Shown here: positions 1 to 11,670 of the stretch, piece after piece
Layout: each line of letters starts with the position of its first letter
Position numbering within the stretch: position 1 is the stretch's first letter
From: Dudresnaya verticillata
Lineage: Eukaryota
NCBI GenBank assembly: GCA_977862235.1
Contig: OZ374558.1
Coordinates: 682,001-746,000, forward strand
Length of the DNA stretch: 64,000 nucleotides
Reading direction: 5' to 3'
Notes under the pieces: generated by a model
What the model was told of the DNA's origin: nothing
The model's database searches: none
The model's input: the letters and a program-made list of their open reading frames with translations, nothing else
Translations under genes and position numbers: made by a program

Positions 1-1096
1 AAGGGGTCGACCAAGATCCGACGGGGGTTTACCTGACGCGAACCCGAAGCCCTCGGCCAAGCGCTATCCACCTGACAGCACGTATCTACCAGGACAATTA
101 ACCAACCACAGGGACGCAAGCGTTGCCTAAGGGCGGCGTCGCTGCTATAGACACGCGTGCCTTGTGTGGTGCAAACGCGTCTGTTGACGGACGGACTGCA
201 CCTCCGGGCCGTTCGTAGTCCGGTGGGTAACCGCTGGAAGCGGATAGATGTGGTAGAGCTAATGGAACTCGCCGAGGGCGGACTGCAAATGCCCTGGGCG
301 GTAAAAGGAAAACAAGAGAACAAAAGGGGAAAACGAGGGCAGAGAGAAACACGTCGTGGACGCAGTGCACACGCGGAAGCGCGGTAGGTCAGACGTTTGG
401 GCCTCAAGGCTAGCGGGTAGGCACTCGTACCGCGAGAAGGGTAGTCTGGACTAAGGCCGGCTTTCCGGGAGTTTACCTCAACGTCTGGGACGGATCAACT
501 ATATAGATATAGAACTACCTAGCGGCGACGGTGTGTGCGTGCGCGCCGTTCGGGAACTCGGGACACGTGTTGTCCCGAGGTGCGTCTCACAAGTGCCGTC
601 CGTCATGCAGCCGCGCGTCTGACAGATCACGCGAAGCTCGCCGCTTGAGTACTTACACGTACACGTGGATGTACCTCCCTACAGCCGCACTCGTCCTGTA
701 GAGCGTGCGATCTTGATTCGTACTAATCCCGATCCAATCCGGATTCGGGCGAGCCATGCGGATGCGCCAGGCTTACAGGAGCGTGCCTTACACTTCCTGA
801 TCCCCGATATCTGATCTCGATGCGGGATCCCGTTTGAATCCGGATCCGAGCCACGCTTACAGCAAACGTTCCCGCCACTGCGCCATGCGCGCACGCGTGG
901 CGCCGTACAGTGCTGCGGCGCCGGGCGTGTGGTCTGTACGCCAAATGAGCCGTTCTGGCCCGGGGGCCAGCGGCATGCGTCGGTGACGTGTTTGCGCCGC
1001 TCGCGGGTTGAGCGCGTCGTTGGCGGTCGCCCGTTTGTAGACACGGACATATCAACTTGCTCAAAGCGAAAAGAGGGACCCACCCCTGGCACTACA
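1..1096. mobile_element. LTR of a gypsy-type family ('family B'), left end outside the window
   Basis: Ends in GCACTACA (1089-1096), the inverse of the TGTAGTGC terminus at 11300. The block CACGTGTTGTCCCGAGGTGCGTCTCACAAGTGCC..ATGCAGCCGCGC (~564-616) resembles ~24390-24445 and, inverted, ~6250-6310. It has a GATCC-rich segment like 5985-6170. Confidence 0.7.
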
Positions 1097-2200
1097 CCTC
1101 GTTAACAATCCGTAACCGGCGCAGGGCCTGGAGCACTCAATCGGATCAAGCCAAGTGCCAGCAGCTGATACACCGTATCAACCTTCTAGGATTCCCACGA
1201 AGGCCAATGATTTCGACGAGCTAGAGCAGTTCCGTGTAGGGCAGGATGCGAATGGGCGCAGCGGCGCGGCAACGGCGAGGCATGATACGAACAGGGGCGG
1301 CGTAATGTGCCACACGGAATGAGGCCTCATTCCGCCGCGCCTGTTCGTAGCATACCGGTGCATCATACCGGTGCTGCACGGAGGCAACACACTTGTACGG
1401 AGACACATGTTACCGTGACGCGGCCGGCGGAGAAATGTCCGAGTTGACGTGAAAGCACGAGCACCGGAGAGCGGTGGTGGTGATGGGGGGTCGAGCGATC
1501 CTGGTGGGTTACGTGGTTGAAAATGCCGTCCAGGGGGCGGGAAGCTTCGCAGCGAAACAAAAGCGACAGGAGCGGAGCAGACGCAAGTTCGGAGTGGCTG
1601 TGTGCGGAAGCCGATGGGCCGCGGGAGAACCGCAGCAGATAACACGCGGCGGCAGCGGTGAAGAGGGCTGGAATAACAGGCGCTCCGACGGCGTCGGGCG
1701 CGCGCACAGGGAGAAGGCCGCGTTAGGCCAGCGGGGGGTTGTGACCGTTGCAACGGTGCCCTTAACCGCAACGGGTCACATGCGCGCGGCGGCGGAATCC
1801 CGTTTGGGTTTAAAAAGGGTTGTCCCGTTGCTTCATCGTCGGCGACCGCGCCAAATAATCCGGCTCTGGGGGGGCGCGGTGCGTGTTGCAGGTCCCCAAA
1901 TTCGCGAATATGGATATCGAACTGACTATACTTGTAGCTGGAGGAAGCACTCCGTGGTCGGAGTGGTTTACTGAGGCGGCGCCGGGGAGGCGCACTCACC
2001 GCAGTTTGTAAACAATATTCCTGCCTCTTCCCCGTCCCGCTAGTCGGGGTCGGGGGCCTTAAACATTCTAGAAAATGAGGGCGAAACGGCCGCGCCCACG
2101 TGAGGGAGGAACGCCTAACCCTGGGTGACCTTCGGAGATATTTCGGAGGTGCCCAGGGCTAGCGGCAGTAGTGGCGTGTAAAGAACTAGAGCAAGACAAC
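1097..2200 (-). pseudogene. Degenerate retroelement-internal sequence, possibly a remnant antisense accessory ORF
   Basis: GC-rich, with broken minus-strand frames (ORFs 1178..1999 and 1221..1406) lying between LTRs. The resemblance to the antisense ORF at 19826-23372 is weak and judged by eye only. Confidence 0.3.
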
Positions 2201-2202
2201 TG

Positions 2203-3086
2203 TGTGGTATAGACGCTATCCTCGAAACGACTCCGTGGTCTACGTGAAAATAATCGAGAAATACGAATTTCGAAGTGACTCCGTGAATGCGCACGCCACG
2301 ATGGCAAACGTATTACAGTGCGCATACTATCCGCGCGCCACGATGGCAAACGTATTACAGTGCGCATACTGTGCGCGCGCCACGATGGCATTCGCATTAC
2401 AGCACGCACGTGATACGAAATCGCTGACACCTCCGGACGAATCCCGAGATGACTTCGTGATCGCGCGTGCCACGATGGCATTCGCATTACAGTGCGCCCC
2501 GATACGAAATCGCTGACACCTTCGTGACTTTCCCGTTGTTTCCGGCGCGTAACGGCACCGGGGCCCACGAGACACACGCACCTCCGTATGCATCGCTGGC
2601 GCTCTTCGTAACCGCCACCATACCTGAGGCGACCGTTCGTTGGTACCGAGGCCGTTACGAATCATTCGAGGACGAACCGTCTCCCGCGTTGACGTGTATC
2701 CGTGCTCACGTAGTATTACTTAGCCAGTCGTCTGGCACAACCTCCGAGGGTTTCCGGTAAGCGACTAGCGCCCGGACCTCGGAGTCTTCGGTAAACGCCT
2801 GCTTCTTCGAGGTCGGTGTCTTCGTCTTCGTGACCGCGGATACGGTCGAGCCTCGCTTTCGATAGCCCCGCGCACCCGGAGTCATTCCCGGTGATCGATA
2901 GCTCGAGTTCTCCCTTCCGCACACGAATACGTTGACACCGTGGTCCTTCGTGTTGGTCGTTCCGCTCTACCGCGCTACCACCCCTTCTCGTTTCTCCGTT
3001 AGGCTACGAGGCCATTCGGTAGGCTCCGAGGCCATTCTTTACAGTGCGAGACTTCCCCGCGTCACCGTGGACTTCGTTATTCCACA
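2203..3086 (+). mobile_element. 5' LTR of a truncated gypsy element ('family E')
   Basis: TGTGGTATA...TATTCCACA inverted termini, followed directly by a PBS-like TGG and a gag-like ORF. An inverted homolog lies at 6846-8496. Confidence 0.85.
2290..2520 (+). repeat. Tandem ~41-bp subrepeats inside the LTR (GCCACGATGGCA...ATTACAG)
   Basis: GCCACGATGGCA recurs four times between ~2295 and 2480. Confidence 0.85.
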
Positions 3087-3087
3087 C

Positions 3088-3106
3088 TGGTCTCTCGACC
3101 TAGAAC
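3088..3106 (+). promoter_or_regulatory. Primer-binding site TGGTCTCTCGACC(TAGAAC)
   Basis: TGG starts 1 nt after the LTR-terminal CA. Nearly identical to the PBS at 12372 of a different family. Confidence 0.7.
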
Positions 3107-3157
3107 GTGGTCCCGAAGTTTCGCATTTATTCGTAATTCGTTTCTATCCGAGACACG

Positions 3158-4840
3158 ATGTCTCACGCTCCGAGTCGTTCCGATTCGCCGGTACCGAGAC
3201 CCGATGACGTACCGATTCCGGAGCTCCCGTTGTTCGACTCGAACGCGAGTGACCGAGAACCGTTTTCTCGCACTCGCGCTTCACGGATAACGGTACCCGA
3301 TCTTCGCCCAGATTCGCGTTCGCAGGCTCACGGTAGCCAGTCCGACCTTTCGTATACGTACACTCCGTTGGAAATCGTTCCCTCGGATACCGTCGATCGA
3401 CTCTTCTCGATGAAGGACGTCTCCGGTTCAGAACTACGTTTACTCTACGAAGAGGTCATCGACGCGCTTTCCACTGCGTACCGTGTCACGCAGCTCTCCA
3501 TTCGTAATACGCATAATCGAGTTCACGCAGAGTTCGACAATTTCCGCGCTGGCAAGGTCCGTAGGATCGAAGACTCCCTCGAGAGTCTCCGGGATCTCGT
3601 CTCGGGAGTCAGCAACCGGTTTCTCGTGCTGGAGCGCAACGTATTCGCCCCCGTGGGCAAGGCGAGTCACTCGCCTCCCGTTCGCAGCTCGCACGCATTC
3701 TCGGAGGAACAGTTGAATGCTATTCGTGACATCGTGTCCGCCGCGTTACCGAAGGAAAAGACTCGAAGTCGCGAAAATCGTCCAGAAGCCCGTCCTGACC
3801 CCCGCAATTCGCCGCTGGTTCAACCCGTGCAAGGCCCGGGTGCCCAATCTACGTTACCGAAAAACACGTACCCGAATCAGTCTTCGCACCCTTTATCGCA
3901 TCAGGCAACCGATGCCTCCGACAACCCCCGTATCAACCCCGCAGTATTCCGAGCTCCACTTCAACCACCGATGTCCCCCGGAGGACCCGTAATCGAAAAT
4001 CCGCTATCGCTTGCGGGACCCGTGTCATCGTTCTGGCACTGGGGACCGCTCGAGCCGGGCATCAAACCGATACCGACGCTCATCCCCTAATTCGCGCGGG
4101 CCGTAAGCTATCGATCGTATCGACTCACGAATTCGTCACCTCGGGATAATCAACACGAAGTCTTCCGAGGTAACACGTCGAAAACCGTTTCCCGCATGCG
4201 TTCGATGATTCCGAGACTCGAGAAGTTTACGGGACGCGATCCGATTAAGGTTCTCGCATTTCTTCGTGATATTCGACAAGCGCTGAACGGAGCCGGGCTC
4301 ACCGAAGGAGCAGCAGTTCGAACGATTTCGTGGTTCCTCGACGAGACCGCGCTCAAGGTGTATCAACACTATGCCTTCGGAGGCGTTCGTACTGGCAACC
4401 CGGTTTGCTGGTCCGCTATCGTGAACGTATTGCTAGAACGATTTCTCACGGAAGCCGCAATCGCTGACGCACACGATCGCGTGATTACCGCGAAGCCGAA
4501 GTCCGAAGAAACCGAGATGGAATTCGCGACTCGTCTACAAGGCTACGCGGATGTCTGGTCAGGTGTCTACGATGACTCTTCGTTAACGCACCAATCTATT
4601 CGTGGACTCCTACCTACTACGTACCCTATCGCGGCCGACCAGGTTCGCCGTTTACCGTTGTCCGAGCAAAAGAATTTCATGAGCGTACAACGAATCGCGC
4701 AAGCCGAAGGTACGACATTCCGAGCTCGCGAACTACGTGACACCGCGGCCCAACAGTCGCGTGATTCGAAGAACCGAGCGTCCGCTAGCAGAGCCGCTAG
4801 CACAGCCGGAAATGCTCTTACCTCCTATGAGCTATTCTAA
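3158..4840 (+). pseudogene. gag: Gag-like polyprotein, interrupted by a stop at 4088-4090 and 3'-truncated
   Basis: ORFs 3158..4090 and 4196..4840 share a frame. FTGRDPIKVLAFL...AGLTEGAAV matches FDGTDPITVLGFL...NGIAEGVAV in the Gag of the element at 11671. No pol follows. Confidence 0.75.
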
Positions 4841-4851
4841 GCTATTCTAGC

Positions 4852-5428
4852 TGTAATTATTATTCTAATAGTTGTCAGTTATAAATACGGATTAGTGGTA
4901 GTACCGCGTCGGGCCGCGTGAGCGGCCACAATAAATTACCCAATGGCAATTCGCCATCAAATTTGGTGCCAGCAGGGACGCCAGCGGGGCGCATCATCCT
5001 TACAGCGCACGGCGCTTTTGCGCGCCTTACAGCTTGATGCGAGTGCACGTCTGACACCTTAATGCGCACACAAGACTTACAGTGCGCCAGCACTTCTGCT
5101 GCGGCTCATTCTTCCACAGATGGCAGCTCGATAAAGGGGTGGTAGAGACTTGATAGGGCTTAGAGCCCTAGCAAGAGGGGAAAATGGAAGGCGAACCCAG
5201 CCGTGTAGAGCATTTCGTCGGTCTTGTAGACTCCCAAGGGGGTTTGTAGCGGTAGCACCGTAAGTATCCAAAAAGGGGAAAACCCAATGCACACACACGC
5301 TGCCGGTTTAGTGCCGGACCCCTGCTACTTAGGGGCCCCATAAATACGGCGAGAGCCGAAAAGATGTTACCCGCTCAGTTAGAGCTCTAATGCTAATACT
5401 TAGCTAATACTGTACAGTAACAGTTACA
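4852..5428. mobile_element. LTR-like segment (TGTAA...TTACA)
   Basis: Inverted termini TGTAA/TTACA, an abrupt composition change where the gag ends, and CTTACAG motifs as in the other LTRs. No TSD or second copy seen. Confidence 0.4.
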
Positions 5429-5560
5429 ATAGGTCCTTAGATAGGAATGAGTGGTCTGGCCATGGGTCGAGCGCGGCGTCACAGTCAGGCGCCGTGGAAC
5501 AAAAATCCGCGAGCAGAGCGCATGGCGCGGTGTGGGCGGCCGTAGTTAATCCCCCAATGG

Positions 5561-6712
5561 CGTAGTGCCATATCACCTTGGATTGAGTATAGACTTCCAC
5601 CGTACAGATTAAATCTGTACACGTTTTTTCTTACAGCGCAGTGGCGCTTCAGTAATTACTCAACCGATTGCGCACAGCCATAACACTCAGACGGTTATGC
5701 GCCTTCCATCCCTTACAGAGGACTCGTGTCCACGTGTCTCCTTACAGGGCGTCCACGCCCGTTGTACCACACGACAATTTTCATAAAACTGAGCGACCGC
5801 GCTTGTGGGGCAAGGGGGGTGAGCTCCTGTTTCCACTCAGAGCGTGCCATAAGACGTCTACCGGCGGGCATCGCAACCGCCGCTGGCGCGCGCGAACACG
5901 TCACGGACGGCCGGCCCAACGGCGTACGGACGCCACAACCGCCGCCGGGCATGGCGGCTCACGCTCTGTACGCCCGCGCGGCACGCATCCGGATCGCTCA
6001 TCGGGATCCGGAAGGTGTAAGGCGGGTACCTGTAATGATGGCCCAGATCCGGATGGGATCTGGATCGGACATCGGGATCAGATCGGGATCCGCTACAATG
6101 TAAGGCGTGCGCCTGTAAGGCACGCCCACGCGCCAGCAATGCTGACAGGGATCGGGATGCGAATCCGGATCACCTCTACCACCGCGCGCGCACGCCTGTA
6201 AGCTAGTTCATTACGCGCGCGCACACCTGTAAGCTATTCCTTACCCGCGGGTGCGCGGCTGCATGGCGACGACGACTCGTCAGACGCACCGGGGCGCGAC
6301 ACGCGTCCCGCGTTCCCGCGCGCCACACCGCGCCGCCACAGCCCGCGTCATAGCGATAGTATATTAGGTAACCCGTCTGGGACGTTGAGTAATTCCCGGC
6401 AAGCCGGCCTCGGACCTGAAGCCCCTTCGCTAGTGCGTATTCCCCGTTACCAACGAAGGCAGCTGCGCAGCTCCGCCCGCGCTTCCGCGTCCGTCTACGT
6501 CCTTGACGCGTCTTTCTCTCTTTCTCCCTTTCTCTCTCTCTCCTTCCCTTTCTCTTTCCTTTCTGTGGCTTTGTCCCATTCTTACCGCCCAGGGCGTTTA
6601 CAGTCCGCCCTCGGCGTGTTATCCACGCTCTACCACACCCTCGCTATTAGCGCGCTACCCCCGGGTCCGAACTGCCCGGAGGTGCTACTCGTCCAAGACG
6701 GATTGCACCACA
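5561..6712. mobile_element. LTR of family B, inverted relative to 1-1096
   Basis: Termini CGTAGTGCCA and GCACCACA; diverged inverted homology to 1-1096. The flanks AATGG and GCGCT do not form a TSD. Confidence 0.65.
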
Positions 6713-6845
6713 GCGCTCAGTGCAGAGTTACAGCAACGTCGATTCCAAATGCATTGACCGTTGAGATTTCAATCTCAGTCCGTTCATGGGCCCAGCCAAC
6801 GCACTTTCTAACCGCCTCCCAACTTTTCTGTTGGGTCTCGACGCC

Positions 6846-8496
6846 TGTGGTATAACGAATTTCCACGGAGACGCGGGGAAGTCTCGCACTGTAAGGGATG
6901 CCTCGGAGCCGAACGTGTGGCCTCGTAGCCTAAGGGAAAACGAAGAAAGGAAAAGGGGTGGTAGCGTGGTAGAGCGGAGCGACCAACACGAAGGTTCACG
7001 GTGTCAACGTATTCGTGTGCGGAAGGGAGAACTCGAGCGATCAGTCACCGCGGATGAGTCCGGGTGCGCCGGGCTATCGAAAGCGAGGCTCGACCCTATC
7101 CGCGGTCACGAACACGAAGAAACCGAACTCGAAGAAACAGGCGTTTACAGAAGACTCCGAGGTCCGGGCGCTAGTGTGGCATAGGCGTCAGGTCGAACTG
7201 ACGTCTAGCGCAGCTGGTCTCGTAGTCGCACCCAGACCTGTCGAAGGGTGGTAGCGGTGGTGGTAGAGCGGTGGTGTCGGCCGCGTGCGCAGTCGGGTCG
7301 CGGATCAACGGCGTCGAAGCCTGAGCGCGCACGGGGCGTACAGTACGCGGGCGACAGCAGCCGGATCCGTGCGTCCCCGTCGTGGGGCGGCACGAAGCCG
7401 ATGGTAGGGAAAGGAAAAGGAAAGCTTAGGCGGCTAGCTAGGGAAAGAGGGAAGCCGTAGGGCGAAGGACTGGGAAAGAAACCCAAAGCAGAAAGGGGCC
7501 ACCCTGGCGTAGGCTGGCTTGCCTTGTTTACTCAAGCCCAGAGGGGCGACTACTAAATAGACTACAGGGCCTGCGGCGGCACCAACCCGGGGGGTGCGTC
7601 GGCGCGCCCCGACACGCGTCGACGCGTACGGGTAACGGTAACCCGGGGGCGCGCGTGGGCGAAACGGTCCACACGTACTCAACGGCTCGACGCCGGAGTG
7701 TGCGCGCACGGCGCGCGGGACAGCAGGGCGTTCGACCGCCGCTTACACTAGACAGTGCTGCACACTACACAAAAATAAACGTAGAAATTACATGGGAGTT
7801 TCAGTGTCACACCCATACACGTGCATGCTCGGGCGCCACTGCGCACTTCCTTACAGTTCAGCGGGGCTTCGGCGCCACGGGCTGACAGCGTGCGCACAGC
7901 GTTGCACACGTGGCGCAGCTGGTCTTACAGCTGCGCGTGCGTGGCACAGCTGGTCTTACAGCTATGCCACAGCTAATCGCTTGCCGGAAACCCTCGGAGG
8001 TCGTGCCAGACAACTGCCTAAGTACTACTACGTAAGTAGGAATGCACGTCAACACGGGAGAAGGTTCGTACTCGAATGATTCGTAACGGCCTCGGTGCCA
8101 ACGAGAGGTCGTCTCACGTATGGTGGCGGTTACGAGTGCGCCAGCAATACATACGGAGGTGCACGCGCGTCGTGGGCCTCGGAGCCGTTATGCGCAGGAA
8201 ACAACGGGAAAACCACGAAGGTGTGAGCGATTTCGTATCGCGTGCGCACTGTAATGCGAATGCCATCGTGGTGCGCGCGTTCACGGAGTCAGCTCGGAAT
8301 TCGTCCGGAGGTGTCAGCGATTTCGCATTCCGTGTGCACTGTAATGAGAATGCCATCGTGGCGCGCGCACAGTATGCAGACTGTGATAAGTTTGCCATCG
8401 TGGCGTGCGCATTCACGGAGTCACTTCGAAATTCGTATTTCTCGATTATTTTCACGTAGACCACGGAGTCGTTTTGCGCACAGCGTCTATACCACA
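6846..8496 (-). mobile_element. Solo LTR of family E (split by the insertion at 7175-7971), TSD ACGCC
   Basis: Reverse-complement homolog of 2203-3086 with TGTGGTATA/TATACCACA termini. ACGCC at 6841-6845 and 8497-8501. Confidence 0.92.
7175..7971 (-). mobile_element. Solo LTR ('family D') inserted in the family E solo LTR, TSD GCTAG/GCTAA
   Basis: 10-bp inverted termini TGTGGCATAG/CTATGCCACA. The empty site GGGCGCTAG|TCGCTT matches the intact LTR at ~2759-2773. Inverted homolog of 21985-22758. Confidence 0.9.
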
Positions 8497-8501
8497 ACGC
8501 C

Positions 8502-11299
8502 CGTCTCGACAATCGTCGAAGGCCAAATCTGAACCCCCAGAGTGGAGAATAATAATGCAACTTCCGTTGAAAGGAAGTCTACGGTTTTTCAGACACTACC
8601 TCATCCTGTGTTGAGAAGTGTAGACCCAAAGAAGGTAGCCGTATTTTTACGAGAAAGAGCAAGATATGAATTAGAAGTGGCTGAACGGAGAAAAGAAGTG
8701 CCTACTATGACAGTTGCCTCTTATGCTGTCTCGGTGGATCGTATTTTGCTGGAGAATATGATAACAGTGGGTGCGTTAGATATTATCAGTGCATAATGCA
8801 GTCAAAAGTGGTCTACCGGAACAGCATATCGACTGTCCAAAGACTATGGCTGATAAATGCTGGAAGGTTATGACTAGGTCCTGATGCTCCCGCAAAAGTG
8901 GAGCCCATGAAGATACAGGTCAAGGAAAATTCTCCGCCAGTGAGAGCAAAAGCTAGAAGATACTCTACTGATCAGAGGGTCTTCATTGAGAATTTTACTA
9001 AGCACCTTTTGGAATACGGGCTGATTAAGCCGAATCCGAATGCTACTTGGGCTGCTGCCCCACTTATCGTTGAAACACCCGGCCCGTCTAAGTACCGACT
9101 GACCTTTGATTATCGCCCAATTAACTCAGCAACAGTGCAGACTGCGTGGACGACGCCACATGTCGAATCAGAGTTGATGGACATGGCAGGTAGCAAATAC
9201 TTTGCAAAAGTTACTTCTATGTCAGGGGTATTGGCAGATGCCACCACACCCTGATTCCCAACCGTTATCAACCCAAAAGGACAACCAAGGAATCATGAAT
9301 GGGAGCTCAAATTTCCCATCTCGCGTTGAACCTTGCTTTCAAAAATCCGAGATTCTTACGAGGTCGATCCTTTTAGAGCATGGCTCGATGACCTCGTCAA
9401 CCATGCTCCCACAGTAACTGAATTGCTTGACAAATTGGAAATGTTCCTGACGATACGTGAAGAAAAGAATTTAAAACTTTCTGCTCAGAAGTGTGTACTT
9501 TTCGTTAAAGAAGTAACGTGGTATGGGCGCATTATTGACGCCCAAGGCGTTAGATTTGATCCATCGCGTCTGGAAGGAATCCAGAAGATAAAAATGACAC
9601 GATCAGGAGGGGAACTCTGCGATTATGTTTACTGTTTGCAATGGGTGTCAACCTCTATTCCTAAATTTGTGGAGAGAATAGACCCATTAAGAATCATTCT
9701 AGAAGAAGCATACAAGCGCGTAGGATCTAGAAAGAAGGCACACATTAAGGGAATTCAATAGTCAGATCTGGCATGGGGCCCTGTACAAGAAGCGGCGTTC
9801 CATGACCTTCAATGCCAAATCAGAGACTCCGTGAAGTTGGCTCACCGAAGGCCAAGTTGGGAAATATGTGTCTTTAGCGATTCGTCTGATTTATTTTGGT
9901 CTGGATTTGTTACGCAATGCCCCAAAGAAGAGTTGTGTAAGGAGGCAACGGATCAGAGGCATGAGCCAATAGCATTTCTGGGTTATGCGTTGTTTACGAA
10001 CGCAGAGCAAGGATGGATTACCTTCGAGAAAGAGGCGTTCGCTATAGTCCAGTCATTTAATAAAATGGATTGTATGCTGTTGATCGATAAGAATACCCAT
10101 ATATTTACCGACCACAGGAACTTACTTTTTGTTTACAATCCGAAAGCCATAGAACCAGCTTTGCGTCGACATATTGTCACCAAAGTACAACGTTGGGCAT
10201 TCTACTTGTCACGTTACTCGTACTCAATTGAGCATATTGAAGGAACCAGTAACACAAATTGTGCCATTGAATGGCTGATATTATGACCAGATGGTACAGA
10301 GGGTACCGAGGGAGACCTCAGTCCGTAAAGCGCATATCACATATTATTTTGCATAGGGATATTGTGGAAACCCCGTTCGCTGAGAAGTTCAAATGGCCAA
10401 GTCACGAAATGATCGTCAAGTCTCAGAAGCTCCATGCGGGTAACAAGCCGTCTTCTACAACCGAAAAGGACAATGGGCTTCTGACAATAGGAAAACGTTT
10501 GGATACATGAAGCAGATACGGAGCTGCAGCTTAAAAATTGGTGATAGCCCACTGCGGTGCTGTAGGTCACCGAGGAGGCGAGACTACGAGGAACGTCGTG
10601 AATGAGTTATACGCTTGGAAAACACTGAGAGACAACTGTTTGGAGTTTGTCAGGAAATGTCTTCATTGTTTAGTAGCAAAGAGTGGTTTGAGAGTCCCTA
10701 GACCTCTAGCATTAACGACACATGGGACAACACATAATTAAGTCATACAATTTGACTTCCTCTTCATGGGTCCTGGTCTATAAAGTTTAAAATACGTATT
10801 GGTGATCAGTGATCACCTTTCATCATATTGCTGGCTTTGTGCCACTAGAAATGCTAACAGAGACTCTGCAGCAGCTGAGATAGCCCGATGGGTAAGAACA
10901 TTTACACCGATGAGTATTTGGATCAGTGATCAAGGAAGGCACTTCAAAAATGAAGTCATGAAGATCCTGGCTTCAGTCTATAAGGTTAAGCACTAATTTA
11001 CAATAGCCAATTCCCCTTGGGTGAATGGAACAGTTGAAAGCTGTATGCGGAAGATTTGAGCTGCATGTCAATCGTTACTCTCGTAAATGAAGCTCGGACC
11101 GAAGGATTCCAATCGTATTAGGAATGGTAATATCCGCTCTAAATGAGACACCACTATATCGATTAGGAAAACATACTGATGGTACAGTTCTATTCCCATT
11201 AGATGTACTTACCGGGCTCAGACCAAGAAGAGATCAGATGCTGTTCGGAAAATGTATTGAAGAATCAGGTGCCGAGTACACAATAGAACGAGTCAGAGG
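8502..11299 (+). pseudogene. pol: Decayed Ty3/gypsy gag-pol, 5' part ('element A'): gag fragment, RT, RNase H, integrase
   Basis: WAAAPLIV..YRLTFDYRPIN, GYWQ, RAWLDD (RT); DSSDLFWSG, EKEAFAIV, TDHRNL (RNase H); HCGAVGH..CLHC, WISDQG, NGTVE (integrase). Many stops and frameshifts; the protease region appears deleted near 8800. Confidence 0.9.
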
Positions 11300-11670
11300 T
11301 GTAGTGCTAAACGTCGTGGGCGGATAAAACCAAGTGTCGGGCCGTTCGGAGCCCGGCGGTAACTCGCCTCAGGCGGGTGAGCACCGAGGGCGGTAGTAGG
11401 CGTAGAGCGTAGATACACGCAAGGGGCGGACTGTAAACGAGCGAGGCGGAGAAAGGGGGAAAAGGGAAGTGTCGTACTGGCGGGAAAAGGAGACAAGGGG
11501 AAACACACGTCAACGAAGGGAACGACGCGTGTGCGCAGTCTTCCGGCACGTATCCCACGCTAATAGCGTAACCATGGTGTCCGTTCTTGAGCGCTGGGGG
11601 TGGAGGACTGCAAGCTTCTCGGATGAGAAAGGGAAAAAGGATAAACGTCTTAGGCGGAACTCGACGCGGA

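Noticed and set aside
2290..2520. CRISPR-like repeats
   Set aside because: These are LTR subrepeats with related, non-unique spacers in a eukaryotic context, with no cas genes.
2203..8496. 6.3-kb element with long terminal inverted repeats (DIRS-like or a large TIR transposon)
   Set aside because: The right-hand inverted copy has its own TSD (ACGCC), so it is an independent solo LTR. No tyrosine recombinase or transposase is present.
98..8560. Many short Arg/Ala/Pro-rich ORFs in the LTR regions
   Set aside because: Expected by chance in GC-rich non-coding LTR sequence; no protein motifs.
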